Notes under the pieces: model-generated
The model's input: only the letters and a program-made list of their open reading frames with translations
Databases searched by the model: none
What the model was told of the DNA's origin: nothing
Position numbers and translations under genes: made by a program
Assembly (NCBI GenBank): GCA_037139515.1
Contig: JBAXGH010000002.1
Span: 17,727 to 81,726 of the forward strand
Direction of reading: 5' to 3'
Source: a bacterium
GTDB lineage: Bacteria > Patescibacteriota > Patescibacteriia > JBAXGH01
Length of the DNA stretch: 64,000 nt
Shown here: positions 30,101 through 36,766 of the stretch, one piece after another
Numbering within the stretch: position 1 is the stretch's first letter
Layout: each line of letters begins with the position of its first letter

Positions 30101-31562
30101 TTTTGAAAATGATTGCATCGGTAGTGCCGACTCCGGAGGTTGATTCAAGTGTGAGGATGGAAGCGGCCGCAGCTCCACCGATAAGAAGTGGCGTGGTGAC
30201 AGAGGTTCCGATTGTTGGCGCGTCTGAAAATGATGGGACGCCGGCATTGGCAATCAAAATCGAATTCGCTCCACCTTGAGCTGTAACCTGAATGGCTGAA
30301 GTAGTGTTGCCATAAAGTATGCCGTTTGGCGTAAAAGTCGTGGCTCCGGTACCACCATTCCCTACCGGTAGAGTGCCGGAAACTTCGGTAGCGAGTGCAA
30401 CAGCTCCGAAGCTTGGAACGGCGCCGCCATGAAGAATCTGAGACGAAGTGCCGGCGGTGGCTTGGGAGAGAGCGCCAGAACCATTGGTGAAGAGCGGGCC
30501 ACCATTTGATGAAAATCCACTGAAAGTGATAGTGCCGGAACTCGTGATGCCGGCGGCGGCTGCAATTATACCCGCAGAGCTGACTTGAAATTGACTAGTC
30601 GCGCCGACAGAGAAAAGGCTGGTGGGAGTCGTGGTGCCGATACCGACATTTCCGGTAGCTAAAATCCTGAGGCGTTCAATATTTTTGGTTTCGAGCGCGA
30701 GCGCATTTGCATCATTCGTGCCAAGAGTTGCGAGGGCGGCAAAAGAGTTGCCACTTTGAACAAAAGTGTTTGGATTACTCATGGAGACAAAGGCCGCTCC
30801 ATCATAAGCATAAAGTGTATTGCCGGTTGAATCCCAGACGACATCGCCCTCTTCCGTTCCGACGACAGCCGAAGGAGCTCCAGCATTGGTTGGGACTCTT
30901 AGACCCTGACTCGCTGAGTGCACTGGAGCTAGAATGCGACCACCGACGGCAAGATTTCTGGTGAGAGTCAAATGGCCACCAGAGTCGGTAACCGGCACGA
31001 AAGCCGCGGAGCCGCCGGACTGCGAAGTATCAAAACCATCTAAGAGAGAGGCATTTCCGGCTTGAAGGGCGGTGGCGCTTGAGCCGATGCGACGGCGCGG
31101 AGAAAGAGTTTCGCCATCAATTCTAACTTCCAACCAACGCCCTTCGGTGGTATTGAAAAGTGAATCCGGAAGCGCAATCTGTCCACTACCAGTATCGCCA
31201 AGAAGGATGTTGAAAAGCCCGTCAGCTACAGTAACGGAAACCGTGCCTGGAGAAGCACAGGTTCCGACAGCAGTCCATTTACAATTCGCAACCAAAACCG
31301 CGACTGGATCATTATAAATTATAAAACTTATCGATCTCACACCATCAGGAACCGTCACTTTTTGAGCATCAGTTAAGCGCCCTTGATAAGACAGAATCTG
31401 AGGCGTGTCGAGAGTGGCTTTAGAAACACTTGGCAATAAAACAGCGAGAGAAACAAAAACAAGCACGCCGATAGCAAGCATTCTTGCTCCGGGATGCAAT
31501 AACAAACCAAAAACTCTGGATTTTAGATTGCCTTCAAGCATGGACAAGGCAGACCTCACCAT
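24147..31562 (-). CDS. Giant secreted fibre-like surface protein (2471 aa) with 7 LVIVD-like repeats; paralog of 13820-24046; likely start ATG at 31541
   Basis: Same N-terminal ATLDTPQILSYQGRLTDAQKVTV and a near-identical C-terminal block (DYAEQYPV...DFAELFPTKD...DFRGFSITNIKAIRGQNWSIDE); seven VQGRYAYV...FDVSNP repeats. Confidence 0.85.
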   Translation of the reverse strand: MVRSALSMLEGNLKSRVFGLLLHPGARMLAIGVLVFVSLAVLLPSVSKATLDTPQILSYQGRLTDAQKVTVPDGVRSISFIIYNDPVAVLVANCKWTAVGTCASPGTVSVTVADGLFNILLGDTGSGQIALPDSLFNTTEGRWLEVRIDGETLSPRRRIGSSATALQAGNASLLDGFDTSQSGGSAAFVPVTDSGGHLTLTRNLAVGGRILAPVHSASQGLRVPTNAGAPSAVVGTEEGDVVWDSTGNTLYAYDGAAFVSMSNPNTFVQSGNSFAALATLGTNDANALALETKNIERLRILATGNVGIGTTTPTSLFSVGATSQFQVSSAGIIAAAAGITSSGTITFSGFSSNGGPLFTNGSGALSQATAGTSSQILHGGAVPSFGAVALATEVSGTLPVGNGGTGATTFTPNGILYGNTTSAIQVTAQGGANSILIANAGVPSFSDAPTIGTSVTTPLLIGGAAAASILTLESTSGVGTTDAIIFKTASQSEKMRITTTGQVGIGTAAPGAGTLLDVNGIINSATGFRIANAATAGNFLRGDGTNFVSNAIQSSDVSGFAFIQGGNSFGPADAILGTNDAFALTFETNNVERGRFDSTGNFWTGGVTTVPVGVHASFVPDGNDAFVNGDFAAQDSVYANSFTSGTGGILAATTYGESSTVANGAFTLQSTGALTLSATTTAGADDVIFNTAGSEKMRILENGNVGIGTGAPLSRLDVNGGVAIGSYAATSAAPANGLIVSGNIGIGTTTPSSKLQVQTIAENGTTAITTYDNASLYSSIDLQKSNSASATNVATVDGNILGQFRFQGNDGSGFLNGGLIQVVQTGAVGADVPARMDFVTANGTTAGVKMSIDKDGNIGIGTTAPSHLFTIAATASSDAVSAAQRFEITNSATVGGNGLGFGTDYYIENANGNNNAVAQFNVVLDDATEGSEDSSFRFITRAAGAALSEKVRIDSTGNVGIGTSSPNSRLEVLSTSSPQLRMAYDGSNYTTMGAASNGATTFDATGAGASFVFSDAVSFTGDLTPATDIAYDLGSAAKRWRELYLGPASLKMYSTTTAIGGGTNDVLAELKFIGTTGAGALNLTTTRNGSATGGQINLTSDFPSGNTTSSAFNFTTATNLGATDEVLQIGDSGGTFVTVLGNGDVGIGTATPISQLHAAGKVPSAAAGSISTGTTPTGVYVQGRYAYVVVAGASDTLRIFDVSNSASPAAIGSVSANNNPSSVYVQGLYAYVVSNTAATLQIFDVSNPASPSAISSVATGSSPESVYVQGRYAYVVNSDAGTLQVFDVSNPVSPVVVGSVATGSLPRVVSVQGRYAYVAMSGSLKIYDVSNPASPTFINSVASGINPYGLYVQGRYAYETDFTDATLRIFDISNPASPSSAGSIATAAVSTGIFVQGRYVYLTNWVSPNSLQVFDVSTPGSPTSVGSVTTGTNPYSVYVQGRYAYVINYSSATLQVFDMGGAYIQQLEAGGIETGTLTTRSNVQVGNDLDIRGGMQVGRGMNVTGPVSIYGGAANSQFTIDQTGRVGIGTAPMGDKLTVQDGNVRLHNSTDSNDWVMAYDSTDDYYYIDELGKQRRLKIKNQASGGGMSIGYPADSTPDGELDIEVSVAANKGIVLTGAASQTGNLMELQNSFAARLLSVDAAGEIVFGKNANHNISIESATATDGRDLTITSGNTTNAFGTAGALNLAGGASNDGSGGAVNLYGGTGATGGAVTLRGGNGGSPGETGGNISVLGGSGVSANDGDVNIGTSHTKAITIGYAGMNQPAVAINSRVTVSLIVATGITGPYALCHDTNGAGIDEIKDCNGGPMADYAEQYPVEVGAAMGDIVMIGTTDVTTTQGDTIKELIKSSAPYEAKLIGVISDPATAGDFNSIGYNINPADNPLPVALVGRVKVKVNDENGSIAVGDPITSSSTAGEGMKSTKSGMIVGRALSAFAGPGAGTVMVFVKTEYYLGATLTTDGTLTYLNDSVIVKAKNTATALVEGYDSQAISFTGSGWDGAAAQATNFKLSNITTNSATSRLAIANTAGAEVFSVNQSGDVVITGKLFPSDKGVAQTSKYIYYDSDMSPSDYMRTNAAGWATGSYDFAELFPTKDETLGAGEVVAIDPLYPEHVKRADSSAPNLLLGIISTRPGFLAGEWDKASKKVPVALAGRVPTKVTVENGPIAVGDALTVSPTRPGFATKATASTRKNIGYALEATLVDASIIVYVKTENAVPTNLATESTSQQTQNFQIYQDVDFRGFSITNIKAIRGQNWSIDENGALVVKSVSSNEYIVQVNEEKATIDTAYFPANSDMVVITNASVHENSRIFLTFRGDPGARYWVNNQAEGSFEIRLSSPAVMQLRFEYWIINVNDTRPVTAQNPVANGPVAPTTTPTVPAESTVPTAPATTTTPTEPAAVIEPVAPAAVPDPVPVTDPVPNPVPAPDPVADPAPEPAPAPISDPAPAVEPVPATDGGLVAPVADLSGTPTT

Positions 31563-31602
31563 TCGTAATTATACCATGAGGCTTTAATGCTGAGCTGCGA
31601 AT

Positions 31603-31645
31603 AAAAAAAGACGATGGGAACAAAGTTTACCCACCGTCTTTTTTT
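31603..31645. terminator. Rho-independent terminator after the SPFH gene
   Basis: AAAAAAAGACGATGGG...CCCACCGTCTTTTTTT. Confidence 0.6.
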
Positions 31646-31646
31646 C

Positions 31647-32423
31647 TTATTTTAGGTTCAAGAAAGGCACCGTTCCGCTCAACATATATTGCGGCAGAAT
31701 CCCGTTCCATTTTTCAACCGCGCGCAACTGTACCAAATCTCGGTTTCGAGAAAGCGCGTCGGCCTGAATGCGGATGCTTTCTGCCGAAGCCTTGGCGGTT
31801 TCGATTTGCTGCTGAGCTTCGATCGAAATACGGGTCAAGTCATTCTTTGCTTTCAAAGCCTGCTGTTCGGCGACCTGCTTAGCTTCGACTGCTTCTTCAA
31901 ACTGATCCGAGAAAGAGAAATCCGTGACTGAGAATTCGTCCACGACCACATAGCGCGGCGAGAGTCTCTCGACCAAAGCTCCCTTAATCATATCTTTCAC
32001 CTCACCGCGGCGACTAATCAACTCTTCGGCGGTAAAATTAGCCATCGTCTGCTTCACCGCTTCTTCAATCGACGGAGTGATGATGCGACTCTCGTAGTCC
32101 AAGCCAATTTCCTTATAAAGCATACCGACTTGCTTCGGATCAAGGTGGAAGTTCAGAGCGATTTTAGTATCAACCGGCTGAATATCCTTCGAATACGCAA
32201 TTGTCGGATGCTCGACCTTCTGGGTCTGAACATCGATCGCGATTACGCTCTGTGCAATCGGCGTGCGCCAATGAATGCCGGGCTCCAAAACCGTGCCATC
32301 AAAAGCGCTCCAATTCAGAACCACGCCACGCTCACCGGCACCAACAATGACAAAAGGGGCTAAGGAAATCAAAACAATCAGCCCAACGATGCCAAGAACT
32401 GTAAAAACAATGATTTTCTTCAT
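31647..32423 (-). CDS. Prohibitin / SPFH (band 7) family membrane protein
   Basis: N-terminal TM, VGAGERGV, SKDIQ, AVEAKQVAEQ coiled coil, EKWNG. Confidence 0.9.
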   Translation of the reverse strand: MKKIIVFTVLGIVGLIVLISLAPFVIVGAGERGVVLNWSAFDGTVLEPGIHWRTPIAQSVIAIDVQTQKVEHPTIAYSKDIQPVDTKIALNFHLDPKQVGMLYKEIGLDYESRIITPSIEEAVKQTMANFTAEELISRRGEVKDMIKGALVERLSPRYVVVDEFSVTDFSFSDQFEEAVEAKQVAEQQALKAKNDLTRISIEAQQQIETAKASAESIRIQADALSRNRDLVQLRAVEKWNGILPQYMLSGTVPFLNLK

Positions 32424-32519
32424 ATGTCAGGCATCTTACTTGGACCGGGTAAAAAATCAAGAAATCAAAACGCAGCAACACAGAAAAGTACTACAGGATA
32501 AATACGAAAAAACCGGCTT

Positions 32520-33437
32520 TTACAAGCCGGTCATCTTCTTTTTCATCTCCATCAAATCAGTGCGCGAGAAATAATCGATAACGATTTTGCCGCGGCCATT
32601 TTTTTCCGTAATTTTTACCTTCGTACCAAGCGCCTGACGCAACTCGTTCTCATAAGCCATCAGATTCGGATCACGTCGCGAAGTCGAAATTCGAGTTTCA
32701 ATCGTAGCGTCTTCTGCCTGACGCGAAGTCATCCCCTCGTTCATGATTTTGTGAAATAGCGCGAGCTGTTCGGATTCTGATTTAAGCGCGAGGATTGCGC
32801 GCGCCTGACCAGCCGCGATTCTCTTTTCACGAAGCGCGGTTTGAATTTCGGTCGGTAATTGCAACAAGCGCACCGCGTTCGCAACCGCCGGACGCGATTT
32901 TCCGACTCGCTTACTCACCTCTTCTTGAGTTAGCGCGAATTCTTCCATTAATAATTGATAAGCCAAAGCTTCTTCAATCGGATTCAAATCCGAACGTTGC
33001 AGATTTTCAATCAAAGCAAGTTCAAGCTTAGTCCTATCATCAACCCACTCGCGAATCACGACCGGAATTTTAGTGAGTCCGGCGAGTTTTGAAGCGCGCA
33101 AACGGCGTTCGCCAGCGATCAGTTCGTATCGATTCCCCTGCTTCGTGACAACGAGCGGCTGCATGACACCGTGGATTTTGATTGAATCAACCAGTTCCTG
33201 AAGATCCTCGGGATTAAAAACGGTACGCGGCTGGAAGGGATTCGGATCAATCGCGTTGATATCAACTTCAAGCATGCCGGTTTTTGAGCTTTCTGGAACC
33301 TCAAAAGTTTTCGACATCATTTCGTTTGATGCCGAACCGGTACTCGAACTCGAACCCGCACCCACGCCCATCGCGGAAAGCGGGAGCATTGGTTTCTTTG
33401 GAATGAGCGAACCTAAGCCGCGACCTAAACCTGACAT
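32520..33437 (-). CDS. parB: ParB/Spo0J chromosome partitioning protein
   Basis: GLGRGLGSLI, NPFQPR, LIAGERRLRA, ENLQRSDLNPIEEA, HTH. Confidence 0.95.
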   Translation of the reverse strand: MSGLGRGLGSLIPKKPMLPLSAMGVGAGSSSSTGSASNEMMSKTFEVPESSKTGMLEVDINAIDPNPFQPRTVFNPEDLQELVDSIKIHGVMQPLVVTKQGNRYELIAGERRLRASKLAGLTKIPVVIREWVDDRTKLELALIENLQRSDLNPIEEALAYQLLMEEFALTQEEVSKRVGKSRPAVANAVRLLQLPTEIQTALREKRIAAGQARAILALKSESEQLALFHKIMNEGMTSRQAEDATIETRISTSRRDPNLMAYENELRQALGTKVKITEKNGRGKIVIDYFSRTDLMEMKKKMTGL

Positions 33438-33448
33438 AAGTATATTGG

Positions 33449-34216
33449 TTACGAGCCTGCTCTTTTAATGACTTCCTGCGCTAAAAGTTGATAGGCCGCT
33501 GCGCCACGCGACATCGGATCGTAGCCGATAATCGTTTTTCCGTGTGACGGCGCTTCAGCTAATCGCACCGAGCGCGGAATCACGGTATCAAAAATCTTTT
33601 CCGGGAAATACTTTTGCAACTCGGAAACAACGTCGGAAGAAAGTTTGGTGCGATGATCAAACATCGTCACAACCGCGCCCATAATCCCGAGTTCCGGTTT
33701 CAAATGTTCGCGCACGAGTTCAACCGTCTCCATTAAATGCGTCAAACCCTCAAGAGCATAATACTCCGCCTGCACCGGAATCAAAAGCGTGTCTGCCGCG
33801 ACTAGCCCGTTTACCGTAAGCAAACCAAGTGATGGCGGTGAATCGATGATAATAAAATCATACTCGCTTCGAAGCTCAGAAAGCGCGTCATTCAAGCGAT
33901 ATTCGCGGCGTTCGAGCGAAACCAACTCGACGTTCGCACCCGAAAGCGCTGAAGTCGCCGGAGCCACAAATAAACCTTCGTGCTCAGTGCCCTGAAGAGC
34001 CTCGCGAATCTGTTTTTCACCAATCAAGACTTCGTAGATTCCGTGCGACAACTCGCGATGATCGACGCCGACACCGCTCGTGGCATTGGCTTGCGGATCT
34101 AAATCGATAAGAAGTACGCGCTTTCCGGCGCCAGCCAAAGCTGCGCCCAAATTCACAACCGTGGTCGTTTTCCCGACACCACCTTTCTGGTTCACGACTC
34201 CAATCACTGTGGCCAT
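33449..34216 (-). CDS. parA: ParA/Soj ATPase
   Basis: NQKGGVGKTTT, DLDPQANAT, DSPPSLG, EAPSHG. Confidence 0.95.
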   Translation of the reverse strand: MATVIGVVNQKGGVGKTTTVVNLGAALAGAGKRVLLIDLDPQANATSGVGVDHRELSHGIYEVLIGEKQIREALQGTEHEGLFVAPATSALSGANVELVSLERREYRLNDALSELRSEYDFIIIDSPPSLGLLTVNGLVAADTLLIPVQAEYYALEGLTHLMETVELVREHLKPELGIMGAVVTMFDHRTKLSSDVVSELQKYFPEKIFDTVIPRSVRLAEAPSHGKTIIGYDPMSRGAAAYQLLAQEVIKRAGS

Positions 34217-34223
34217 AAAAATA

Positions 34224-34292
34224 TAGAGATTAGAGGTTAGAGCTTAGGGCTTAGAGATATCACTAATCTCTAAACTCTAAGCTCTAAGCCCT
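34224..34292. repeat. Inverted heptamer (TAGAG(A/C/G)T) tandem-repeat hairpin in the parA 5' region
   Basis: tagagat-tagaggt-tagagct-tagggct-tagagat followed by taatctc-taaactc-taagctc-taagccc. Confidence 0.85.
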
Positions 34293-34375
34293 TGCGATTC
34301 AGTAGTATACAAAAAAATTTCGATTCAAACAATCGTCGGCCGGAATGTTTCCCCTTCCTTCGCCTCGTGCCCCTG

Positions 34376-34490
34376 GTGACTGTCCCCTTGGTGACAGTCA
34401 CCTACTGTGGATATCATTTTTGACTTCGCTTATTCTGCACGATTAATTAAGAGTGACTGTCCCTTTAGTGACAGTCACCCCCTGTGTATA
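34376..34490. repeat. Two 38-bp direct repeats, each a GTGACTGTC-N8-GACAGTCAC palindrome followed by a DnaA-box-like nonamer
   Basis: Copies at 34376-34413 and 34453-34490. Confidence 0.8.
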
Positions 34491-34531
34491 ACAAAGTTAG
34501 TACCCTCACAATCGTCGCTCATAAAAAAATC

Positions 34532-34939
34532 TTAACACGGCTTGAATCCTTGTTTTTTGAGTTCATTAATCGGCGAGAAACACGGTTGCGGCATCTCGTG
34601 CCACAGAACCCATTGCCAGCCACCACATTTTTCCGGCTCGCAGATCCGAGGTTCGCCGCTCTCCCATTCGCAAATAATAAATATTGTATTGTAATGTTTG
34701 CCTTCATCGCGAAATAAGTCATTGGTAACTCCGGCAAAGCGCAGATTTCTGACTTCAACCCCTGCTTCTTCCATGGTTTCGCGCGCTGCACATTCTGCCC
34801 ACGATTCCCACATTTCCAAATGCCCTCCCGGAAAACTCCAAGTCCCATCACCGTGAGCATTCAATCGCTTCCCCATCAAGATTTTCCCATCGCGAACGAC
34901 GATAGCCGCAACCCCGATTTTTGGCCTTTGAATTTCCAT
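34532..34939 (-). CDS. NUDIX hydrolase (NUDT15/MutT-like)
   Basis: WSFPGGHLEMWESWAECAARETMEEAG Nudix box; EPEKC. Confidence 0.9.
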   Translation of the reverse strand: MEIQRPKIGVAAIVVRDGKILMGKRLNAHGDGTWSFPGGHLEMWESWAECAARETMEEAGVEVRNLRFAGVTNDLFRDEGKHYNTIFIICEWESGEPRICEPEKCGGWQWVLWHEMPQPCFSPINELKKQGFKPC

Positions 34940-34984
34940 ATGCGAAGATGATAGCGCAGAGTTTAACAGCAGTCACCCCACCAT

Positions 34985-35012
34985 GTTGTCATCCTCGACG
35001 GCCGAGGGATCT
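34985..35012 (+). repeat. REP-like palindromic element (GTCATCC...GGGATC family)
   Basis: gttgtcatcctcgacggccgagggatct; relatives at 40488-40513 and 42600-42663. Confidence 0.7.
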
Positions 35013-35029
35013 TTAACCCCCCGATACGG

Positions 35030-35058
35030 TTGACATCTCCGTGATTAAATGCCAACAT
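35030..35058 (+). promoter_or_regulatory. sigma70-type promoter of orphan gene
   Basis: TTGACA-17 bp-CAACAT, then AAGGAGG SD at 35071. Confidence 0.55.
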
Positions 35059-35082
35059 TCATGCGACCAAAAGGAGGTCAAG

Positions 35083-35472
35083 ATGGACCCGAATTTCAAG
35101 CCACACGAAGGCGAGCTGCTCGCCGCATTCCGGGACTGCTGGAAGATTGAACGCGTCACGAGCGAGTCGTTCGTTTCAACCGAAACCCTGAAGCCGACCG
35201 ACTACGAAACCCTCGGCTACACCGCTGAACAAGAAACGGCGCAGCAATTCAAGAAGCGCGCTGGTGACAAACTCGGCCAATTCCGAGTCATGGCATGCAA
35301 GGGAATCGTCGCGGACGGGCGCATCTTCACCTTCGAAGAAGTCGTGCCTCTCACGCCCGACAAGGCCGACGAAGCGCTCGCCAAAGCTGCACTCGTCGGG
35401 CTCACGCCGTCGCAACTTACCTACGTCCACAAGGAGATGCTCCTGATTGCGAAGGAAAACCAGTCCGAGTAA
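35083..35472 (+). CDS. Hypothetical protein (orphan)
   Basis: ORF with AAGGAGG SD 5 nt before ATG 35083, upstream promoter and downstream terminator. Confidence 0.75.
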   Translation: MDPNFKPHEGELLAAFRDCWKIERVTSESFVSTETLKPTDYETLGYTAEQETAQQFKKRAGDKLGQFRVMACKGIVADGRIFTFEEVVPLTPDKADEALAKAALVGLTPSQLTYVHKEMLLIAKENQSE

Positions 35473-35589
35473 CAACCAGTTCATCGAAGTCGCGCCGCCC
35501 GAAAGGTCCGGCGTTTTTTAAACGAAAAAATCACCCACTGTTTGCACTATTGATTGGAAGCAGCCACAAATATACTATGAACGCAAAAT

Positions 35590-36111
35590 ATGAAACATTT
35601 AACAATAGCCGTCGGCACAACTTCCGCTCAAAAAATTAGTTATCTCAAAGAAGCTTTAGATGAAATAGGAATTGAAGCCTCACTAAAGCCTATCGAAGTA
35701 AAAAGTGGTGTCTCTGAACAGCCAATAACATCCGACGAAACCCAAGAAGGCTCAATCAATAGAGCAGAGAATGCTCTCAAAGAAACTCTCGATGCTGATT
35801 TTTCCCTGGGCATTGAAGTTGGTTATCACAAAGGCGCCAAAGACAAATTCGAGATGTTCTGTTGGGCGACGATTCTTGACCGCAACGGACACCGGACATC
35901 TGGACAGTCTCATCGATTCTTGCTGCCAGAATATCATCAAGACATACTCGGAAGCGGCAAATATCTTGGCGAGCATCTGAACGACTACGCTAGTAAAGCT
36001 AATGACGCGGCAGGAGTATATATCGAAAATATGATCCGACATCGCAAACCGTTCATCGTGAGCGCAATAAAAGACGTCCTTATCCGATATCTGAGAAAAG
36101 AAGACTATTGA
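35590..36111 (+). CDS. DUF84 / YjjX-like non-canonical purine NTP phosphatase (ITPase/XTPase)
   Basis: IAVGTTSAQK, SGVSEQP, EGSINRA, SLGIEVG. Confidence 0.85.
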   Translation: MKHLTIAVGTTSAQKISYLKEALDEIGIEASLKPIEVKSGVSEQPITSDETQEGSINRAENALKETLDADFSLGIEVGYHKGAKDKFEMFCWATILDRNGHRTSGQSHRFLLPEYHQDILGSGKYLGEHLNDYASKANDAAGVYIENMIRHRKPFIVSAIKDVLIRYLRKEDY

Positions 36112-36147
36112 TAAGAAAAAATCACCCGCACCGGGTGATCTTTTCTT

Positions 36148-36369
36148 TGCCGCTCTGTGAGATGTCGAAGCTAAATTTTGATAAACAGTGGAAATCAAAA
36201 TTTAGCTCGCGACAAACCTCCCGGTTTTTCGCGTACTTTTCCCTCCGTTGCCGTGGGGAAACAAATGTTTCCCCTAACCCCTCCTAGTTCGACTCTCACA
36301 AATCTAGTAGCAAATAAAAATCCCGAGACGAGCTCGGGGTTTTTATTTGCCGCTGGTGAGAGTCGAACT
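36148..36369 (-). repeat. tRNA-Leu 3'-end-derived element (degenerate direct repeat plus inverted T-arm copy)
   Basis: tgccgctctgtgagatgtcgaa (36148-36169) resembles the tRNA 3' end tgccgctggtgagagtcgaa (36348-36367); agttcgactctcac (36286-36299) is the exact reverse complement of 36356-36369. Confidence 0.7.
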
Positions 36370-36427
36370 CACATGGTTTCCCGCGCGATTTTGAGTCGCG
36401 TGCGTATACCAATTCCGCCACAGCGGC
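36348..36427 (-). tRNA. tRNA-Leu(CAA)
   Basis: GCCGCTG acceptor, anticodon arm CGCGA-CTCAAAA-TCGCG, variable arm, GTTCGACT T-loop; no encoded CCA. Confidence 0.95.
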
Positions 36428-36431
36428 CTTC

Positions 36432-36505
36432 TAGCGGGGGCCGGATTTGAACCGGCGACCTAGGGCTTATGAGTCCCTCGCTCTTACCAACTGAGCTACC
36501 CCGCC
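36432..36505 (-). tRNA. tRNA-Met(CAT), probably elongator (Ile2 not excluded)
   Basis: GGCGGGGTAGCTCAGTTGGTAAGAGC...CTCATAA...GGTTCAAATCC; position 1 paired (G1-U72). Confidence 0.9.
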
Positions 36506-36698
36506 ATATAGTTGAGTGAAGCAAAATGCTCAAATCGCGAAGCGATTAACTCATCGTGCTCAAGCGGAATCGAAAGTTTACTTTCGAGGCCGATTGAGCC
36601 GATGAGTCAAGGCGAGCATTTTGTGCATTTTATTTCCGAACGGTTGGCGGGGCACGCAGTACCCCGCGTATCACCCCGCTCTGCATATGGCGGACAGA

Positions 36699-36727
36699 AT
36701 GATATCAAAACCCCGTCATCTCGGCAA
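36699..36727 (-). promoter_or_regulatory. Promoter of the tRNA-Met/tRNA-Leu transcript
   Basis: TTGCCG-17 bp-TATCAT with extended TG. Confidence 0.55.
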
Positions 36728-36766
36728 GCTCGCAATTCCCGCACAAATGAGCTACAATAGCGGCTT

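Noticed and set aside
13820-31562. Diversity-generating retroelement acting on the giant proteins
   Set aside because: No reverse transcriptase in the window. In the stretches compared, differences between paralogous segments are mostly synonymous third-position changes rather than adenine-specific, and no non-coding template repeat was seen
13820-31562. Prophage tail-fibre region
   Set aside because: Both proteins have signal peptides, and no capsid, terminase, portal or integrase genes flank them
13806-31587. Many plus-strand ORFs of 60-200 aa overlapping the giant genes
   Set aside because: Antisense shadow frames of low-complexity Gly/Thr/Ser/Ala coding sequence with no recognisable motifs
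34376-34490. Possible mini-CRISPR (38-bp palindromic repeat, 39-bp spacer)
   Set aside because: Only two copies with 5 mismatches, no cas genes and no typical repeat end motif; kept as a REP/operator-like repeat
34217-34531. Replication origin next to parA
   Set aside because: Only one consensus and one near-consensus DnaA box, no dnaA/dnaN, and no switch in gene strand bias across the site
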